DNA of 64,000 bases from IMG/VR virus record IMGVR_UViG_3300036453_000040; one strand, written 5' to 3'. Position numbers and translations under genes: made by a program. This document shows positions 45,922-54,863 of this stretch, piece by piece (position 1 is the first letter of the stretch; each line of letters starts with the position of its first letter). The notes under the pieces were generated by a model. It saw nothing but the letters and a program-made list of their open reading frames with translations. It was not told the DNA's origin and searched no databases. Source of the DNA: a virus (lineage: Duplodnaviria; Heunggongvirae; Uroviricota; Caudoviricetes).

Positions 45922-46452
45922 ATGTTTAAAACAACTCTTTACCTTGATTTTGACGGCGTACTTAACGCAAAAAAGCCCGCGCATGCTTTAATTTCCAAAT
46001 TTGCAATTGCAATCAAAGACAGTTTGCATCTTGCTTCCATTAACCATATTACTTTCAGTCCCTACGTAATCCAAGATCTAGATAAGTTACGCGTGCAGTA
46101 TCAACTTGAGCTGGTTTGGTTAACCACGTGGAACGAGAAAGATAATGTTCTCAAGTTGTCGGAACCACTTGGTGGCTTACGTAACGGACGGGTACTTGCG
46201 GCTAATCTTAATCAAAAAGCGTTAAACAAGAAAGAATGGACTCAGTGGAAAGCTGACGCAATCATTGCTGACCAGCGGGCCACTCCTCGGCCATTTGTTT
46301 GGGTTGATGATAATGCTCACCAGTTTCATAGCGAAGTTGTTAACGCTGAAACGAAAATAGTTCCTAGTCTTTTCCTCACTCCAGTAAGTTTAACTGGTTT
46401 AACTGTCAGGAATTTAGAGGAGCTAAAAGATTTTCTTAAGTCAATCGGTTAA
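45922..46452 (+). CDS. HAD-superfamily phosphatase-like protein
   Basis: LYLDFDGVLNA contains the DxDG motif. Start moved from the TTG in the ORF track to the ATG preceded by GGAAGAA. Confidence 0.45.
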   Translation: MFKTTLYLDFDGVLNAKKPAHALISKFAIAIKDSLHLASINHITFSPYVIQDLDKLRVQYQLELVWLTTWNEKDNVLKLSEPLGGLRNGRVLAANLNQKALNKKEWTQWKADAIIADQRATPRPFVWVDDNAHQFHSEVVNAETKIVPSLFLTPVSLTGLTVRNLEELKDFLKSIG

Positions 46453-46631
46453 AGCTGATTTGAGGTAAGGTAAGCCACTGCAAACATGGAAGCAGCAAAA
46501 GATAGATAAGCCATTATTATTACAGCACGAGGTTTAGTTTTTTTCAGATTTAAAGCTTGTACTAAAAACAGTATAACAATTAAAATAGCAATGAATCCAA
46601 TAAGCAAACTAAGGATGGAAAGAACAACCAT
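46449..46631 (-). CDS. Small two-TM membrane protein
   Basis: 60-aa hydrophobic ORF. Confidence 0.3.
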   Translation of the reverse strand: MVVLSILSLLIGFIAILIVILFLVQALNLKKTKPRAVIIMAYLSFAASMFAVAYLTSNQL

Positions 46632-46921
46632 TATTCTTCTATGTCCCTCTGCTTTAACTCATAACCAAGTTCTTCAAGACGTTCTATAATCTCTGAAAAT
46701 GTTAGCGGTCGCTCATAAAGAAGCCCGTTCCGCGCTATAACCGAAATAAGAGCCTCAGAATCAGCTAGCTCTTCCTCACTACGTTGAAATATAGTCTCTA
46801 GGACTTTAGGGTATGAGTTTGGGTCATTGCTTGCGTTTTCAGCAAACTCAGCTCTCTCTACGGGTGCGCCAAAAGAGACCGCTAGTTCTTTTGCTATATT
46901 CAGCTTTGTCATTGTATTCAT
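46631..46921 (-). CDS. hypothetical protein
   Basis: 96-aa ORF. Confidence 0.4.
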   Translation of the reverse strand: MNTMTKLNIAKELAVSFGAPVERAEFAENASNDPNSYPKVLETIFQRSEEELADSEALISVIARNGLLYERPLTFSEIIERLEELGYELKQRDIEE

Positions 46922-47043
46922 TACTAAGTAAGTTTATCATAAATAGTATTTTATGCCGCGAGAATTCAATCTTCTTAAGATTTGACTTTTCAACTATGAG
47001 GAGTTATACTAAAACTAAGAGACCAGAGAGAGAAACCCACATC

Positions 47044-47487
47044 ATGAGCATTACCATTAGCGAGAAGTGCGATACCACCCGTGGTTCATACGCAACTAAG
47101 CATGGTATTGTCGTTCTACCTGCCAAAAATATTGGCCTCTCGAAGAAGGAACGTGCTTTTCTTGACCTTGCCTTTAAGATGGCTGAGAGCAGTGAAGTTG
47201 AAAACCGCCACGGCGCAGTGGTAGTTAAGAACGGACGCGTTCTCTCTCTTGGTATCAACAAGTGGCGCAACAAGGGCCTCGAATGTGGCCGTGAAGAATA
47301 TCAGGCAGTGTTGACCACTCACGCTGAGATTGATGCCCTGAGCCGTGTAGCAAACCCTGCTGGCGCGGTACTCTATATCGCACGGGTTGGTGTCGGTGGA
47401 GAAGAACGCATCTCCCGTCCCTGCGTGCGTTGCATGGCTGTTATCGAGAAGCTTGGTATCAAGCGCATCATTTATACTGTCGATTAA
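47044..47487 (+). CDS. Cytidine/deoxycytidylate deaminase family protein (dCMP deaminase or TadA-like)
   Basis: Zinc-binding motifs HAEIDAL and PCVRCMAVI. Start chosen at the ATG inside the longer track ORF. Confidence 0.7.
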   Translation: MSITISEKCDTTRGSYATKHGIVVLPAKNIGLSKKERAFLDLAFKMAESSEVENRHGAVVVKNGRVLSLGINKWRNKGLECGREEYQAVLTTHAEIDALSRVANPAGAVLYIARVGVGGEERISRPCVRCMAVIEKLGIKRIIYTVD

Positions 47488-47736
47488 CCAACAGATCAAC
47501 AAGATGCTAATAAGCATTTGAAGAATCAGTCCTATGGTTCTGGCTCCAAAGATCGCAACCTATTCAGCACTTGAACAGGTTGCGATCTTTGCGTTCCCAG
47601 CATGGATCTCCTCAGTTATTCTAGCGACCCATGCATTCGCAAACATCTTCCATGGCAGCGGTTCGCTTGCTTCGAAGCAGGAACGCTATCTCAGGACCTC
47701 GCGTTACCCCACCGTTAGCTGCTCTTTTTATGCTCG

Positions 47737-48783
47737 CTATTCTTTAGCGATGTATTTGTAGTACCATGTTGAGGGCAGAGTAATCCATAGTTCATGAAGT
47801 GCATCAATGTGTTCAATGTTGGATATTGGCACTTCGTTAACTTGAAGAGAATACAGGAACGCGCTATCCCAGCCCTTACGCATGAAAATATTCACCAGTT
47901 CACGATATGAGATAGCTAAGCCATCATGGAAACAATGGCCTTCGTCTTCTAACGCTATCTTGATCCTATTCGTCAGAAGCATGAATGCCCCGTCCGCCCT
48001 TAAGATGCAAGAATAATCAATGTACGCGGCAATATTTTCTTCGGTTGTATCGAACCCATCCTCTTTGAGATGTGATAAAACAAGTTCCCTCATGGAGAGT
48101 AGCGTACCGATAAACGCACGAGCGGGGATGCTGCTTGTGTCTCTTGATTCGATGATCGCGCTTGAATTCATCATATCAATGGCAGCGCGAGCTAACGGGG
48201 TATCATTGTTTTCAAGAAGAAATCGCGTAATTTTTAATGAATCTTTCACTTCTCCAAGCTGCTTATCGTAAGTGAAAAGGGACAGCATATTTTGAGCTTG
48301 ACCGAGCGAGTATTCCTCGCTGTACTCTCCCTGTAGAAACTCAGATCGTATATCCGAGGATGCTGCTGAATACGCTTCAGCTATGACTTGCCTACGGTCA
48401 GTTTTAACTGTATGGACATATATGTCACTATTAGATACGGGGAGATAGAGGTACCTTGCAAAAGTGCTCGTATCTTGCATATGAAGCTTAGTCCTGTCAT
48501 GTTCAACACGTATGTTAGCCAGCGAATAATACTTTGACAAACCGAGGTCATCTAACGCTTCATAGATAAGAAGAAGCTGCTCTGCTGAGCTAACGATTGC
48601 CTCATCAGTAAGCTCTTGCCTGCGTAAACGGATCAGAGCTACTCTTCGTACTGACATAGCAAAGGTCTCGTTAAGCTGGCATTCTTTAACACTGGGGTTG
48701 AAAGGGGAAACTAAAATCGTAGGGGCAATGGCCGAGCCTATCGTGTCCTTTCTCATGTTCACTTTCTTTGTGTTAGAAACCAT
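47737..48783 (-). CDS. hypothetical protein, paralog of the 48815..49696 gene
   Basis: C-terminal regions are alignable between the two neighbouring genes (IFMRKGWDSAFLYSL...IEHIDALHELW versus IFVKNGWSPQFVFAL...IEMLEALFSIY). Confidence 0.5.
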   Translation of the reverse strand: MVSNTKKVNMRKDTIGSAIAPTILVSPFNPSVKECQLNETFAMSVRRVALIRLRRQELTDEAIVSSAEQLLLIYEALDDLGLSKYYSLANIRVEHDRTKLHMQDTSTFARYLYLPVSNSDIYVHTVKTDRRQVIAEAYSAASSDIRSEFLQGEYSEEYSLGQAQNMLSLFTYDKQLGEVKDSLKITRFLLENNDTPLARAAIDMMNSSAIIESRDTSSIPARAFIGTLLSMRELVLSHLKEDGFDTTEENIAAYIDYSCILRADGAFMLLTNRIKIALEDEGHCFHDGLAISYRELVNIFMRKGWDSAFLYSLQVNEVPISNIEHIDALHELWITLPSTWYYKYIAKE

Positions 48784-48814
48784 ATTCTCATATTACAGTA
48801 GTGAAACGTTAAAG

Positions 48815-49696
48815 TCAAACTTGCTCCGAGATATGCGCATGAAACCATGCATAAGGTGCAGAGTTATAGATCGAAAATAATGCTTCCAGCATTTCGATAG
48901 AACTAATCTCAGTACGCGAGAGATAAAGCGCAAAAACAAATTGTGGTGACCATCCATTTTTTACGAAAATGCAATATAGTTCTTCGGTTATGTCAACCGC
49001 TAGCTTTTTCTGTATTTCCTGTATAAGGGTATAACCGTTAAGTTCACTCCCATGAACGAGGCAAGCAAAGTCTACATATTGGCTTAAGTTTTCAGGCGTG
49101 ACTTCTACATCATAAGAGGCCATGGTCACTTCTGCTTTGCTTACTGCTCCCGCAAAATGCTGGAGGAAAAGCGATCTCGCCATTCTTAACGCACCCATAG
49201 GAATAACCATACCGCTTTGAGAGGGAGCTAAGGTAAAAAGGTGCCGCGTTTGTTCATCGTTGCTACTCACGTCAGCTAGGGCCAAGGTATCAAAAGCTAT
49301 GAAAGACAACAAACCTGCGCTTAATCTTACTGTTTCGCATTTCTCATCAAATTGAAATAACGAAAAAATCAAGCTCGAAGAAGTCCAGTTTTCGTCATCA
49401 ATGTAAACGTTGTTCTCTTCAGAAGTATAAGGTCTCAGTACTGAATGGGTATCGCTTATTTGAGTTGTTTCTAAATACATGTTAACAACTTGCATTCGAT
49501 CTGAAGCGATAAACGGCTTCAAGTAACCATCGTACTCGTCAACATACATTTCATCTACGCCGAATGAAGCTATCTTAACCATTTCCTGAAAATTAAAATA
49601 ACCAATAAGGCCATCTGCCGCGAAAGCATTTAGAAGACAAGTATAGTTTGTGATTGAAGCTTCTTCCGTTACGGGTGTTGCATCTAAATATGCCAT
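48815..49696 (-). CDS. hypothetical protein, paralog of the 47737..48783 gene
   Basis: See above. Confidence 0.5.
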   Translation of the reverse strand: MAYLDATPVTEEASITNYTCLLNAFAADGLIGYFNFQEMVKIASFGVDEMYVDEYDGYLKPFIASDRMQVVNMYLETTQISDTHSVLRPYTSEENNVYIDDENWTSSSLIFSLFQFDEKCETVRLSAGLLSFIAFDTLALADVSSNDEQTRHLFTLAPSQSGMVIPMGALRMARSLFLQHFAGAVSKAEVTMASYDVEVTPENLSQYVDFACLVHGSELNGYTLIQEIQKKLAVDITEELYCIFVKNGWSPQFVFALYLSRTEISSIEMLEALFSIYNSAPYAWFHAHISEQV

Positions 49697-49867
49697 ATGA
49701 TATATCGTACCTTATATGAGCAAGTTACTCCCTTAATTAGGAGTTGGACAGATATATTTGGGCAAAAAAATTGGCAGTAGGGAGGTCACGTCCCTACTGC
49801 CAAAACTTTGGGGTTCTTTCTGCCTAGCGATTAAAAGCTGACCCGCTAGGCAGAAAGTTTGTTATCG

Positions 49868-50992
49868 CTAGAAGCGAAGCTTAGCTTCCTTTAGGTAAGG
49901 AGCGTACTCGCGGAGTACGGAACCAATGAGTAGAGCGGCCTCAGACTTGGACTCAGACGAGGTGCGAACCTTGTCCATGAGCGGGAAGGCAAGAGCCGTG
50001 CAAACATCGGCTTTCTCACCGATTTTAGCAGCAGCGCCGAAGACCTGCGCGCTAGCCTTGACGTTCTCGCTGTTCATACGACCGAGAATCATGGAAAGAA
50101 TGACATAAACCTCACTAGAGGAACGTGATTTCCAGTCAACCTTTTCGGGGTTAGCAAGAACATCATCATAGTTAGGGAGGTTCAAGCTCTGCTCAAACAC
50201 GGAGAACTGCTGTGCGGCCTTTTCGCCTACGGCACCACGAGTAGCAATAGCACGCGGCGAGCTACCTTCAAGGTACTGTAGCATGGAAACGAGGTTATCC
50301 CAAGAACGGTACGAGGGCCATGCCTTACCTGCTTCTTCGGCATTCTTAGGCATCGAGTTAATGAGAGTCGGGTAAGCCTTAAGGAACGCGACAACCTTAG
50401 CTCGTTCAACGCTTTCACGTTCGCTTACTACGTTGCCCCAAGCAACGGTCATTCCTTCAAGGAAGTCGTTGTTGTCAGGCTCGAAGTGAATGTGAATGAA
50501 ACGGTTAGCCATGGGAGCGGCAAGCGTCCAGCCGTCAGCGGCATCAGAAGCTTCGTTAGCTGCGGCGATCATCCAAACATCATCAGAAAGCGTGTGCTTA
50601 CCAATCATGCGACCCTGGAAAAGCGAAAGGCCAGCAGCCTGCATGGACGGCACAGCGTTAGAAATCTCGTCAAAGAAAATAATTCCCTTGCCAGTACGCA
50701 GAAGTTCTTCCGCCCAGAAGTTGAGAGTGTTATCAGTGATGGTAATTTCGGTACCATCGGGCAGGATTACCTGCTTAAGAGCAGGCAGACCCTGCAAGTC
50801 GGTGCTGTCCATAGTGGACAGAAGCAGAACGTAGAGGGGGAGGTCATACTTTGCTGCAAGAGCGCGAACTAGCGCGGTCTTGCCAACACCTGGAGCACCC
50901 CAGAGAATTGTAGGAACTCCAGACTTGCGACCCGCATCAAGTACGGAAATCGTGTTCTGCATGTTTTTCGAGCGACCAATGTAAGTACCCAT
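49868..50992 (-). CDS. MoxR-like AAA+ ATPase
   Basis: Walker A motif GAPGVGKTAL. Walker B motif IIFFDEIS. Size and organisation of MoxR/AAA_5 ATPases. Confidence 0.75.
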   Translation of the reverse strand: MGTYIGRSKNMQNTISVLDAGRKSGVPTILWGAPGVGKTALVRALAAKYDLPLYVLLLSTMDSTDLQGLPALKQVILPDGTEITITDNTLNFWAEELLRTGKGIIFFDEISNAVPSMQAAGLSLFQGRMIGKHTLSDDVWMIAAANEASDAADGWTLAAPMANRFIHIHFEPDNNDFLEGMTVAWGNVVSERESVERAKVVAFLKAYPTLINSMPKNAEEAGKAWPSYRSWDNLVSMLQYLEGSSPRAIATRGAVGEKAAQQFSVFEQSLNLPNYDDVLANPEKVDWKSRSSSEVYVILSMILGRMNSENVKASAQVFGAAAKIGEKADVCTALAFPLMDKVRTSSESKSEAALLIGSVLREYAPYLKEAKLRF

Positions 50993-51096
50993 TAAATTCG
51001 TGACCTTTCGTTTGGGTTTTTCTTCTTACCTTAAGTATATAGTAAGAGTATGCCCAATGTCAAGCTGAAACGAGTTTTAGTTTAAACTTTTTTAAA

Positions 51097-51516
51097 TCAC
51101 TCACTACTTGAGGTTTTGCCTGTTGCACTATCACGAGTCAGAGTAATATCTAGCTTGCTATCCGTTATAGTAATCACATAATTATTCCAACCACCTACTA
51201 CAGTGATCTTGCTCGTATCGTAGGTAGGAGGAGTTATTGGAACTACAGACAAGTCTTCAGCTATAACATCCTCCACAAGATATGTTTGAATTTCAATGTT
51301 TGCTACGCTTAGGTCACTATTCAGTGTTGCAATTTTTGCTTCTTCCGCAGGTGTTCGACTCTGCTGCACATTAACTTCTTGCACGATAGGCGTAACGTTA
51401 GAACATCCAGATAATGTTACAGCGCTTGCGCTTATCATTATGAAAGCTACTACATGCATGATCTTTTTCTTCATATTAGAAGTATCGGGCAAATCACGAT
51501 AAAGCGCGCGGGTCAA
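51097..51516 (-). CDS. Lipoprotein. Paralog of 51574..52278 with one copy of a beta-rich module
   Basis: Signal peptide plus lipobox LSGC. Module DLSVVPITPPTYDTSKITVVGGWNNYVITITD. Confidence 0.55.
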   Translation of the reverse strand: MTRALYRDLPDTSNMKKKIMHVVAFIMISASAVTLSGCSNVTPIVQEVNVQQSRTPAEEAKIATLNSDLSVANIEIQTYLVEDVIAEDLSVVPITPPTYDTSKITVVGGWNNYVITITDSKLDITLTRDSATGKTSSSE

Positions 51517-51573
51517 TAATCAAAATGCTTAGGTGACGTTTTGATTATTGACCCGCACTAAATGTGAACCAGC

Positions 51574-52278
51574 TTATAGCTTTATCTCCAGAATCCTACC
51601 AGTCTCACTATCATACGTAGAAGAAAGGCCTAACTCTGTATCAGTTATCGTGATTGTATAATCCATCCATCCTCCCTCTACGACAACAACACTAGTATCA
51701 TACGTAGGCGAGGTTACGGGGACTGCTGAAAGGTCATTAGCAATAGGATCATTAACGAGATAGGTAGCCAGATCTATGTGGACATTTTTGAGGTCAGAAG
51801 TTAAAACTTTGGCTTGGTCTAGCTCTGCGTCAACTTCTTCAACGGCGCTCTCTTCTATTTCTGCTAGTGCTGGCTCCTCTGCTTGTTTTTCTGCGGGTTC
51901 TCCCACTCGTTCGCTAGTAGTTATACCGTTTTCGGTGATCGTCAGCATGCCGTCATTCCAAACTACCAGAATGTCATTGTCCTTATCCTCCAACGTAATC
52001 GTATATTTTTCCCAGTTACCTTCCACAGTGATGAAGCTAGTAATAAATGTTGGCCGAGAAATATCAACCATGGATAGGTCTTCTGCTCTCGGATTTTCAG
52101 CGAGATATGCAAGGACTTCTTGATTAGCATGGAGAACATCTTGTTGAATTGAAACCATACCTGTTGGTTCTGTTAATTGTATTGTTTCAGGTGTCGTTGT
52201 GTTAGAACAACCTGAAAGAGTTATGGCGCTTGCGCCTATCATTATTGCAGTTACTACATGTATAATTTTTTTCTTCAT
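51574..52278 (-). CDS. Lipoprotein with two copies of the same module
   Basis: Near-identical signal peptide and lipobox. Modules DLSMVDISRPTFITSFITVEGNWEKYTITLED and DLSAVPVTSPTYDTSVVVVEGGWMDYTITITD. Confidence 0.55.
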   Translation of the reverse strand: MKKKIIHVVTAIMIGASAITLSGCSNTTTPETIQLTEPTGMVSIQQDVLHANQEVLAYLAENPRAEDLSMVDISRPTFITSFITVEGNWEKYTITLEDKDNDILVVWNDGMLTITENGITTSERVGEPAEKQAEEPALAEIEESAVEEVDAELDQAKVLTSDLKNVHIDLATYLVNDPIANDLSAVPVTSPTYDTSVVVVEGGWMDYTITITDTELGLSSTYDSETGRILEIKL

Positions 52279-52427
52279 ATTAGAGGTATCGGTTTAATCG
52301 CAACAAGGAGCTAAGCAAAAACCAAAATACTTTGTATCTATTACCATGTTAAAATAGTCAGTATCTAGAGCATCAAATTAGGGGTATGGAGTGACAGCAT
52401 TATGCTGTCACTCCATACCCCTAATAA

Positions 52428-54707
52428 TTATTCAGCTACAAGGTTGATATAGTTGATAATCTGACGAAGTTTTGCTTCCACCAGATGATCTCCCGCTTCT
52501 GATGTAGTAATAAGGAAGAAACTCTCTGCAACTTCAGCCATGCTGGAAGCTTTTTCAGTAAGAACCTCGTTAAGATCAGCATCGTTGTGCTTGACATAGC
52601 CAGCCCAATAAGACAGGTTAGCCTTACGCTCTTCAACCTTAATGAACTCTGCAATTTCTTCAGGAGTAGCATCCTTCGCATGAGAAGCATCCGCTGATTT
52701 TTTTAGGTTAATCCATTCCCTGACCTGCAAGAACTTTTGATTGTGGACTTCCGCTAGAAGACCCCTTTCTTCAAGAGTTTTATAGTGGAGAATTAGGCGA
52801 TCCACACGGCTGCGCATAGTGTAGCTACCTTGAAGCTTAGTCATTACTTCGTTGAAAGTATAGTTAGACTCAGGTTCATAATGCTCAAGTGCATAAGCGC
52901 GTACAAGTGGTTCAATTTCTTGAGCCGAGGGATACTCAGTGGTAAACTTCTCGATTGAGACGCGCGAATTGAGAAGGAAAATTGGCGTATCTCCAATTAT
53001 CTTTCGAGCGAACCCAAACATTCCACGGGCATTATCACGCTGAGTAATAGTGTAAATATCGTTATCGTCGTCGTGTGAGAACCATGGAAAACTTGAACGT
53101 GAACGATCCTGCTTCATGTAATAAACAGTCTTGTTTTTATTTAGTTCAGCAAGGCGCTCATCCTTCGCATAAATGCGCTCGATCTCACGAGTGCCATCAT
53201 CTTTTGAAGTCAAGAAGTAAGCTACAACTTTTTTAGCAGCAGGAGCTTTATCAAGAACACCGTTCTCCTCTTTGATTCGCTTGCGTTCGTTCTTTGCATA
53301 GACCTTGACAACTTCAATCAGCTTAGAAACAGTCGGGTACTCTTCATTGTGAGCAAAAGCAAACCAATCGTTATCATAGTCTTTTTTGGAGACAATGATA
53401 ACTCGTTCTTTGCCTGTCATTTCACGAATCATTCGAGCATGACGACGAGCAAGCACAGAATTTTCTCTTAGCAGACCATCGTTAAGAACAATCAGGTCGT
53501 AAGTATCCCCTTGGAAATAGTTACGATATGCATAAGTGTAGTTAGAGAAGTAACTTGCCGTGTTTTTAGTAGCCCCACGATAGTTTGACGAGGAAACTAG
53601 CACAGATTGATCCGCTGTCACAAAGTCCTCAGGAATGATTTTACCTCTCCACTTAAGGCCATCGCTCTGCCAGTAACCCATGTCCCTAATAGCAAGGTTC
53701 ATTTCAACAGCTTCACGGGGAGTCTTAGCACGGTTAACGTTAGCAGTGAAATGAACTTCAATTGCTTCAACAAAGTTACGAAGAGCGATCTCAAGAATGT
53801 TCTTCGTTTTATCGCTGTAGAGAAGCTCTTCACGACTCGGGGTAAGGTCAACGGAGCCAATTGGAATGTTCAAGAAAATACGGTGAGCAAACTGAGCTAT
53901 ATGATTGAACTTTGACTTGTTGATCCAAGTATCCTGAATTACATACTTTACTCCACCAATAACAGCGAGGAGGTTGGTTTCGTTATAATTACCCCGCGAG
54001 CGCTGGGAAGCAATCTCGTACCAACCAGCATTATCCTCGTTTGTCATGCCCATAATAGGCGTAAACTTTTCTTCGTTATTCAACGCCGTAGTACTGATAA
54101 CTCCGTTGATACGTAGGGTGCCGCTGGGGAATCCAACGAAAAAGTCGTTTACAAATGCAGTATCAAAAGTATAGTCTGCGTAAGGAATAGTTACTTCCAC
54201 TCCGCTGGGTTCAGTGGTTGCTTCTTCCGAAACGAAATAAAGCAAACCTGCACCTTGGATGTTTTTCTCTACATAAAAATCAAGGCGAAGGCCATCTTTA
54301 ATAGAAACTACGTCGAAACGTGAGGCAATAGCAAGGGCTGACTTTGCGCCAAGTCCAAAGCCGCCAATTTCATCGTTATTATCGCGCTTAGTTGAAGTTC
54401 CATAACGAGAGTAAACATTCGTAATGTCTTCCTTGCTCATACCTGCGCCATAGTCACGAACTACAAGGAAACGTGAACCATAGGTAGGGAGCGTAATGTC
54501 AATAGGAGTATTAATCTTGCTCTTCGTGTGAGAGTCAATAGCGTTGGAAACGTACTCACGCAGGATTGCAGTGTGAGGCTGGGAATATAGGTTCGTCAGA
54601 ACACCCATGATATGCACGAGGGCGCTAGAGTCAATAGACAGGGCAATTGACTCATGGGCCGAAGTATTCTCTAGGGCCTTCTTATCAGTTCTGGATACAG
54701 TCTTCAT
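52428..54707 (-). CDS. Hsp90-like GHKL (Bergerat-fold) ATPase with a large uncharacterised C-terminal region
   Basis: NLYSQPHTAILREYVSNAIDS resembles the Hsp90 N-box. DYGAGM is like the G1 box. IGGFGLGAKSA is like the G2 box. Confidence 0.55.
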   Translation of the reverse strand: MKTVSRTDKKALENTSAHESIALSIDSSALVHIMGVLTNLYSQPHTAILREYVSNAIDSHTKSKINTPIDITLPTYGSRFLVVRDYGAGMSKEDITNVYSRYGTSTKRDNNDEIGGFGLGAKSALAIASRFDVVSIKDGLRLDFYVEKNIQGAGLLYFVSEEATTEPSGVEVTIPYADYTFDTAFVNDFFVGFPSGTLRINGVISTTALNNEEKFTPIMGMTNEDNAGWYEIASQRSRGNYNETNLLAVIGGVKYVIQDTWINKSKFNHIAQFAHRIFLNIPIGSVDLTPSREELLYSDKTKNILEIALRNFVEAIEVHFTANVNRAKTPREAVEMNLAIRDMGYWQSDGLKWRGKIIPEDFVTADQSVLVSSSNYRGATKNTASYFSNYTYAYRNYFQGDTYDLIVLNDGLLRENSVLARRHARMIREMTGKERVIIVSKKDYDNDWFAFAHNEEYPTVSKLIEVVKVYAKNERKRIKEENGVLDKAPAAKKVVAYFLTSKDDGTREIERIYAKDERLAELNKNKTVYYMKQDRSRSSFPWFSHDDDNDIYTITQRDNARGMFGFARKIIGDTPIFLLNSRVSIEKFTTEYPSAQEIEPLVRAYALEHYEPESNYTFNEVMTKLQGSYTMRSRVDRLILHYKTLEERGLLAEVHNQKFLQVREWINLKKSADASHAKDATPEEIAEFIKVEERKANLSYWAGYVKHNDADLNEVLTEKASSMAEVAESFFLITTSEAGDHLVEAKLRQIINYINLVAE

Positions 54708-54863
54708 TCGTATTTCTCCTTGTTTCTCTCTACTTATATTATACGATAGAACCTAGCGTTTGTCAAGCGCAAACTAAAACTAAAGAGTTTATGAACTACG
54801 TTTGACTCTATGAAGTTCTTGTGCTATGATTAACGTAGAGAAGATAAAGAAAAGAGAAACAAC

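Noticed and set aside
46813-47487. Long 224-aa version of the deaminase ORF starting at 46813
   Set aside because: The upstream extension runs antisense through the 46631-46921 gene and has no recognisable domain. The deaminase domain begins at the ATG at 47044.
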